A DNA stretch of 64,000 bases from positions 186,637-250,636 of the forward strand of contig JBNKCR010000055.1 in the NCBI GenBank assembly GCA_050287845.1, given 5' to 3'. Made by a program: the position numbers and the translations under genes. The notes beneath the pieces were generated by a model. The model did no database searches. It was not told where the DNA came from and worked only from the letters and a program-made list of their open reading frames with translations. This stretch comes from Polyangia bacterium (GTDB lineage Bacteria; Myxococcota_A; Polyangia; JAAYKL01). Positions 59,782 through 64,000 of the stretch are shown here, piece after piece; the stretch's first letter is position 1, and each line of letters starts with the position of its first letter.

Positions 59782-61911
59782 TCAGCGGGGAAACGGGCGA
59801 ATCTGTTTGATGATGAGCTGGCCGTCTTCGTTGAGTTTCCATTCGGTATCGAGAAAGTAGTCCTCAGGAGATGTCGCCACATCCACTGGAAACTGTTGCT
59901 GCAGCAGCTGCAGTACCGAAGAGATATAGAGCAGATGCGCGTCGGTAAGCACATACTTGCCGTCCGGGACCTCGCTGCTGCGCGTGATGCGTTCAATCTC
60001 AAAGGGTTTTTCGCCTGTCACATGAACATGGGAGGTTTCCGGATACACCCCGGCTTCCGACGACACCACGTCCAGCTCGCCTGCCTGGGCATTTATGACA
60101 AAAATGGTTTCGTCACTGCCCGGATGACCGCTGAAGGCCACAATATTGGCGTGTTCATTTTTCACGCGTTCATCCACGAGCACCGCCATCTGTACCAGAT
60201 GGTGATCAATACCGTACCACTCCCGTTCTTCAAAGGCCTTCATGCCCCAGAGAGATGCCCACACCTTAGTCAATGCGCGGCGCAGCGTGCGTTCCTTCGA
60301 CTTATCGCCATCGCAAAGGCTGGGGCCAACGGCGTCGCTATCCCGTTCGTCCGCAAGACAGGCGCTGGTGGATTCATACAGTCCCGCGCCATTGAACGAG
60401 AGTGAGTCTTCGGCATTGGAGCTGCTGCGAAAGCGCACCATGGTTCTGTCATCGCCAAATATTTCCTGCATGCGATCGCCAATGGTGCTCAACATATCGT
60501 CGGGCACTGGCGCGGCGGACATGGCCGCCTGCAGCGCATTCAACTGACTGTATCGATAGGCAGAATCGTTACGAAAAGCGTCATCATTGAGCCAGTCAGA
60601 AACTGTCTCGTCAAATGTCCTTGAAACTGGCGCGTCATTAATGGTCCGGGTCCAGCTCTGCTCGGCCATGAACCGCATGTAATATGAAAACGGTATGAGA
60701 AATCCTTTCAGCTGCAGCGCGGGATCCACAAGCCTGTACAGCATGGCGAGGTTGGAACCCTTGGCGCCGTATGCCGTTATCGCTGCCTTGCGCTGCGTCG
60801 CATCCGCAACGGGGATTTCGGTCAGGTTCTGCAGACGGACTTCTTCATCATCCACTTCAGGTACCTGGACCGGTACAGGCTTCAGATTGTCCCAGAACTG
60901 CTCCGCTTCTGTTATGGTCGCTGCAGCGATGGTGGTTTCTGTCTGGCCACATTCAAACCGCACCAGTTTGTCCTGCCACTCTGCGAACACGGTGTGGGGC
61001 ATCGAAACAAAACAGTTGGGAGTGTTGCGTGTCATGCTACGTACGTTGAGATGGGAGAGCATCCCCTGCCTGGTGCCGGTCACTATTCCGGACACCACGT
61101 GTTCAATATCCACCGGCGCTTCATTGAATACCAGAATCTCGGTGTGGCTGATATTGCCGGTTTCTTTTCGAGCCAGAAGGTCAGCGGGTGTCAGGAGGCG
61201 GATGGTGCCAAATGCAACACCGGGATTGTACACCTCGTAGTGCACCGCATCCTGGAGAAATACAAAAGATACATCAGGCCAGGTCAGCACCGCATCCAGC
61301 TGCGCAACGGTTTCAGGAATAAACTGCAGGGGGGCAAAAAAATGGGGTTGCAGCGCATCAAGAGTCGCTTTGGCCTGGTCAAAGGAAATCACCAGATCCT
61401 TCCCGGCACTGTCCACTATCGTGAATCCAAACCAGCTCCCTGTTTCGCCTGCGTACTCCCGGATGCTGCCCACCACCAGTTCCCGGGTGGCCCCACTGGT
61501 GGCGAGTTTCAGATATTGACTGGAAATGACATTTGAAAACTGGTCCGAGTAAGCCGCCTGCAGCAAATCGTAATGAAGCGTGTAGGCGTGAACATCGGCA
61601 AAAGTAACCGGCACGTCAAAAACGTCTGAAACGGCCATCACATACTTGCTTTCGCGCAGCTGTGACTGAGCGATAAAAGCAAACGACATCTCCTGCCAGT
61701 CTTCCGCAGAACCCACATCGTGGCGGCATATCAGACGTCCCTCCTGGGCGGACCGTTTTTCGCACGGGCCGTCGGTGATCATGGGATCCGAGTCGGATTC
61801 GGTGGCAGAGTCGGCATCGCCGTCTGCTTTATCGTGTTTCTGACCACATCCGGCGATCAGGCAGAATACGGAGAGGAATAACAGCGCCTGGTTTTTGCCA
61901 GACAACGGCAT
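59782..61911 (-). CDS. Lipoprotein with PPDK_N/PEP-synthase-like ATP-grasp domain
   Basis: LIAGC lipobox; YGAKGSNLA, GFLIPF, RFRSSSNAED..SFNGAGLYES, VWASLW...AFEER, MAVLV, DTEWK, IKQIRP. Start uncertain (61911-61989). Confidence 0.85.
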   Translation of the reverse strand: MPLSGKNQALLFLSVFCLIAGCGQKHDKADGDADSATESDSDPMITDGPCEKRSAQEGRLICRHDVGSAEDWQEMSFAFIAQSQLRESKYVMAVSDVFDVPVTFADVHAYTLHYDLLQAAYSDQFSNVISSQYLKLATSGATRELVVGSIREYAGETGSWFGFTIVDSAGKDLVISFDQAKATLDALQPHFFAPLQFIPETVAQLDAVLTWPDVSFVFLQDAVHYEVYNPGVAFGTIRLLTPADLLARKETGNISHTEILVFNEAPVDIEHVVSGIVTGTRQGMLSHLNVRSMTRNTPNCFVSMPHTVFAEWQDKLVRFECGQTETTIAAATITEAEQFWDNLKPVPVQVPEVDDEEVRLQNLTEIPVADATQRKAAITAYGAKGSNLAMLYRLVDPALQLKGFLIPFSYYMRFMAEQSWTRTINDAPVSRTFDETVSDWLNDDAFRNDSAYRYSQLNALQAAMSAAPVPDDMLSTIGDRMQEIFGDDRTMVRFRSSSNAEDSLSFNGAGLYESTSACLADERDSDAVGPSLCDGDKSKERTLRRALTKVWASLWGMKAFEEREWYGIDHHLVQMAVLVDERVKNEHANIVAFSGHPGSDETIFVINAQAGELDVVSSEAGVYPETSHVHVTGEKPFEIERITRSSEVPDGKYVLTDAHLLYISSVLQLLQQQFPVDVATSPEDYFLDTEWKLNEDGQLIIKQIRPFPR

Positions 61912-62058
61912 ATTTATGTTCCGGGTTGTGTTCATGGTACGGTTCATTTGTGTATGTTCCCTGTGGCGTCCTGAATGTGTACCCCTCAACCATCCAGAAT
62001 GGGAAGGCCATATTGGGGCTGATTCTTCATTTTTTCATCTTTCATGCCGAATTACGGA

Positions 62059-62226
62059 GGGGACGCAGCATCACGGTTGACGGGGACGCAGGGTTGACTA
62101 AGGGTTGACGGGGACGTAGCATCATGTGCCTCCCCGCTGTCCCCTACAAATCACCCCCCACAAATCCCCCCACAAATCCCCCCACAAATCACTCCGAGTC
62201 GTTTACGGAAGGTCGTTTACGGAAGG
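62059..62226. repeat. Stuttered REP-like repeat cluster including the right copy of the 28-nt direct repeat (62180-62207)
   Basis: Three GGGGACGYAG units, complementary CCTCCCC/GTCCCC, tandem CCCCACAAATC units, duplicated GTCGTTTACGGAAG. Confidence 0.8.
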
Positions 62227-62306
62227 CACCTCATGATTCAAGTGATGGGGTGAGCCACTGCGAACCACAGTGGGTAAGGAACAACTGGCTGCTGCCCTTG
62301 CGACTG

Positions 62307-62653
62307 AACTACCCTATAAATTGTATCGATTATTTCCATTTCCAGACGGAAAAATTATTGCGATTGGATAGGTGGCCGACTACCCAGTGAGTCGGAATGG
62401 GAGTATGCGGCACGAAGTGGAAATCGAGACGTCAAATATCCGTGGGGAGACGACGAACCGACTTGCGATCGCGTTGCTGGTTGGGGAGGCATGGATGACA
62501 ACCAGGATTGCTGGAGCTTTGCTCAGCCGGTATGTAGCAAGCCACTGGGAAACTCGTATCACGGATTGTGTGATATGGGAGCCAACTACGACGAGTGGGT
62601 TTGAGGGACTTGAGGGGACGACTTGAGGGGACGAAGCACCAATTCGCGGCGGG
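62307..62653 (+). pseudogene. Formylglycine-generating-enzyme (FGE-sulfatase/SUMF1) domain remnant
   Basis: NYPINCIDY in frame +3, then [20 protein letters not shown]...YPWG...[17 protein letters not shown] in frame +1 (62356-62604), then PIRGG in frame +2. Confidence 0.85.
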
Positions 62654-62912
62654 CTGCAGAGTTCCGGGCGCGCTTGTGTTGTTCTGGATGATTTCAACCG
62701 ACGCCAACGAAACAGAGCGTGGAAAAATCAACTTTGTTGAAATTTCGATTCGAACTTCTTAATCCTCAACTTGAAATGTGAGCAATATCTGATTGATACA
62801 GAAATTCCACGCTACCATGGACGCAGCACGGCATCAGCTGGTACTTTCCGGTGAGAAGCAATCGTTCAAGACAGTTCCGGTTGGCTTCGATGTGTGCTGA
62901 AAAAGCGGATGC

Positions 62913-63641
62913 TCAGTCTGGACCGGTGCGTTCCCTGGCACGGCTCAGAAGATCACAAATACATTGGCTGCCGGTTTCATACATGGACAAATCAATCACG
63001 TCTTTATCCGGTGCGTCGTGGAGCAGATGATGGCGCCGCAGATAAGCATCCATGAGCGAGCGATACGCCCGCTGACGGTCTTTCGGTGTTTTGCCCAGCG
63101 CCAGATAGGCTTCAGGCACATCCAGGGTATCGGTGAATTCGTTGGTTTCCCCATATGCATAGAAGCGATAGGAGGACCAGTGGTACTTCGACGGATGAGA
63201 TACCATCTTCGCCCGCACCGGATTGGCATCCGCATAGAGCATTGCTTCCAGCGTATCGATGTCGCTTTTCATCTGGGTGGTTTTTGCCCGTGCATTACTC
63301 ACTTTGCCATATCGCGCTCTCGTATCGTTATACCAGCGACCGAAACGGCTGTGGGCGTTGCGCATCCAGTTCCCCAGAGCGGCAATGCCTTTCTGTTTGC
63401 AATGGGGGATGCGCATGTCCCAACCTGCCTTCCCCACTTCGTGAGGATGATTGGACATGATGCAGTAACTGTAGAACAGCACGTGGTCACTGATGCCATG
63501 GTTGTTTTTCGCGTCGCGAAGACAACGGAGATACATCGTCTTTTCCGCGTCGGTGGGGAAAATGTGTTCTCCATTGTGTCCTCTGAAGAATTTGTGAAAG
63601 ATTCCGGTGTCGGCCAGTTGAAGTTGCCTTGATTTTCGCAT
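62913..63641 (-). mobile_element. REP-associated tyrosine transposase (RAYT, Y1 HUH family)
   Basis: FH...RGHN...IF, YCIMSNHPH (HUH-position motif), WYN....R.G, LYADANPVRA, YHWSSY; AGGAGG RBS. Confidence 0.9.
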
Positions 63642-63860
63642 ACGCGTCCTCCTGGCAGGAGGGGAAAGCAGAAACCGGGCCAATTGCCTTATTGAATAAT
63701 TACCGTTGCATAGAAGCGGGCAATTTGGCCAATGGTCAGAAATGGCCACCTTCGGCCAACTGCCTGTCGATTGTTCTGAGTAAAGTGTAGGGGGACGGAG
63801 TAGCAAATGGGTTCGGGTTTGGCGGGGACGTGCCATGTGATCGACCTTTCGTTTCTGTCA

Positions 63861-64000
63861 GGTAGTGTCCACAATTTTTCGCACTTTTTCAAACTGGCGG
63901 TCTTCAATCTCATAATTTACTCAAGCAGTTTCTCTTTCAAGATCCATTTCCCTCAGCCTGTTCATATTCAGGTACTTTTTGGTTCCCCATTTGGTCCCTG
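63861..64000 (-). mobile_element. Right end of an IS256-family element with transposase C-terminus (stop at 63921-63923)
   Basis: Minus strand encodes GTKWGTKKYLNMNRLREMDLERETA*, like IS256-family C-termini, followed by GTGCGAAAAATTGTGGACACTACC resembling an IS256 terminal repeat. Confidence 0.75.

Noticed and set aside
55896..62226. CRISPR array or integron attC array explanation for the repeats
   Set aside because: Only two copies 6 kb apart plus irregular stutters; no regular spacers, cas genes, integrase or attC core structure.
62602..62604. Selenocysteine or readthrough at the TGA in the FGE fragment
   Set aside because: The downstream motif continues in a different frame and the TGA is part of a repeat stutter.
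62307..62700. Diversity-generating retroelement template/variable repeat
   Set aside because: FGE-fold target present, but no reverse transcriptase and no second copy differing at adenines in this window.
63642..63836. N-terminal extension of the 307-aa transposase ORF
   Set aside because: RAYT homology starts at MRKSR, with an AGGAGG RBS before 63641.

Overview
The window reads as a bacterial chromosomal segment. The eukaryotic-like Ser/Thr kinases, HDOD proteins, sigma54 activators and Asp/Ser/Thr-rich, Cys-rich lipoproteins suggest a deltaproteobacterial/Myxococcota-like organism; this is inference. The first ~52 kb mixes housekeeping genes (secG, tpiA, a pgk homolog, ddl, rnz, gap, der, era, purA, rsgA, epmA) with many signalling genes: three sigma54-family activators, four hybrid histidine kinases, cheR-cheD-HDOD and three Ser/Thr kinases. 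The last ~12 kb is accessory DNA: orphan lipoproteins, a diguanylate cyclase, a radical SAM/SPASM enzyme paired with a C-Y-G-P-P lipoprotein, ggt, an exported PPDK_N-type protein, a broken FGE-sulfatase gene, a REP-associated tyrosine transposase (RAYT) and the end of an IS256-family element. Most notable: (1) the rSAM + lipobox-CYG lipoprotein pair, a candidate tyramine-excising 'splicease' acting next to the lipidated cysteine; (2) an intact PGK homolog that has lost nearly all catalytic residues; (3) a ~6.3 kb cargo block bounded by 28-nt direct repeats beside the RAYT; (4) several unannotated dispersed or palindromic non-coding elements; (5) a recurring set of intact pseudo-enzymes. I saw no rRNA, tRNA or CRISPR array. 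All assignments come from motifs recognised by eye; no database search was run.
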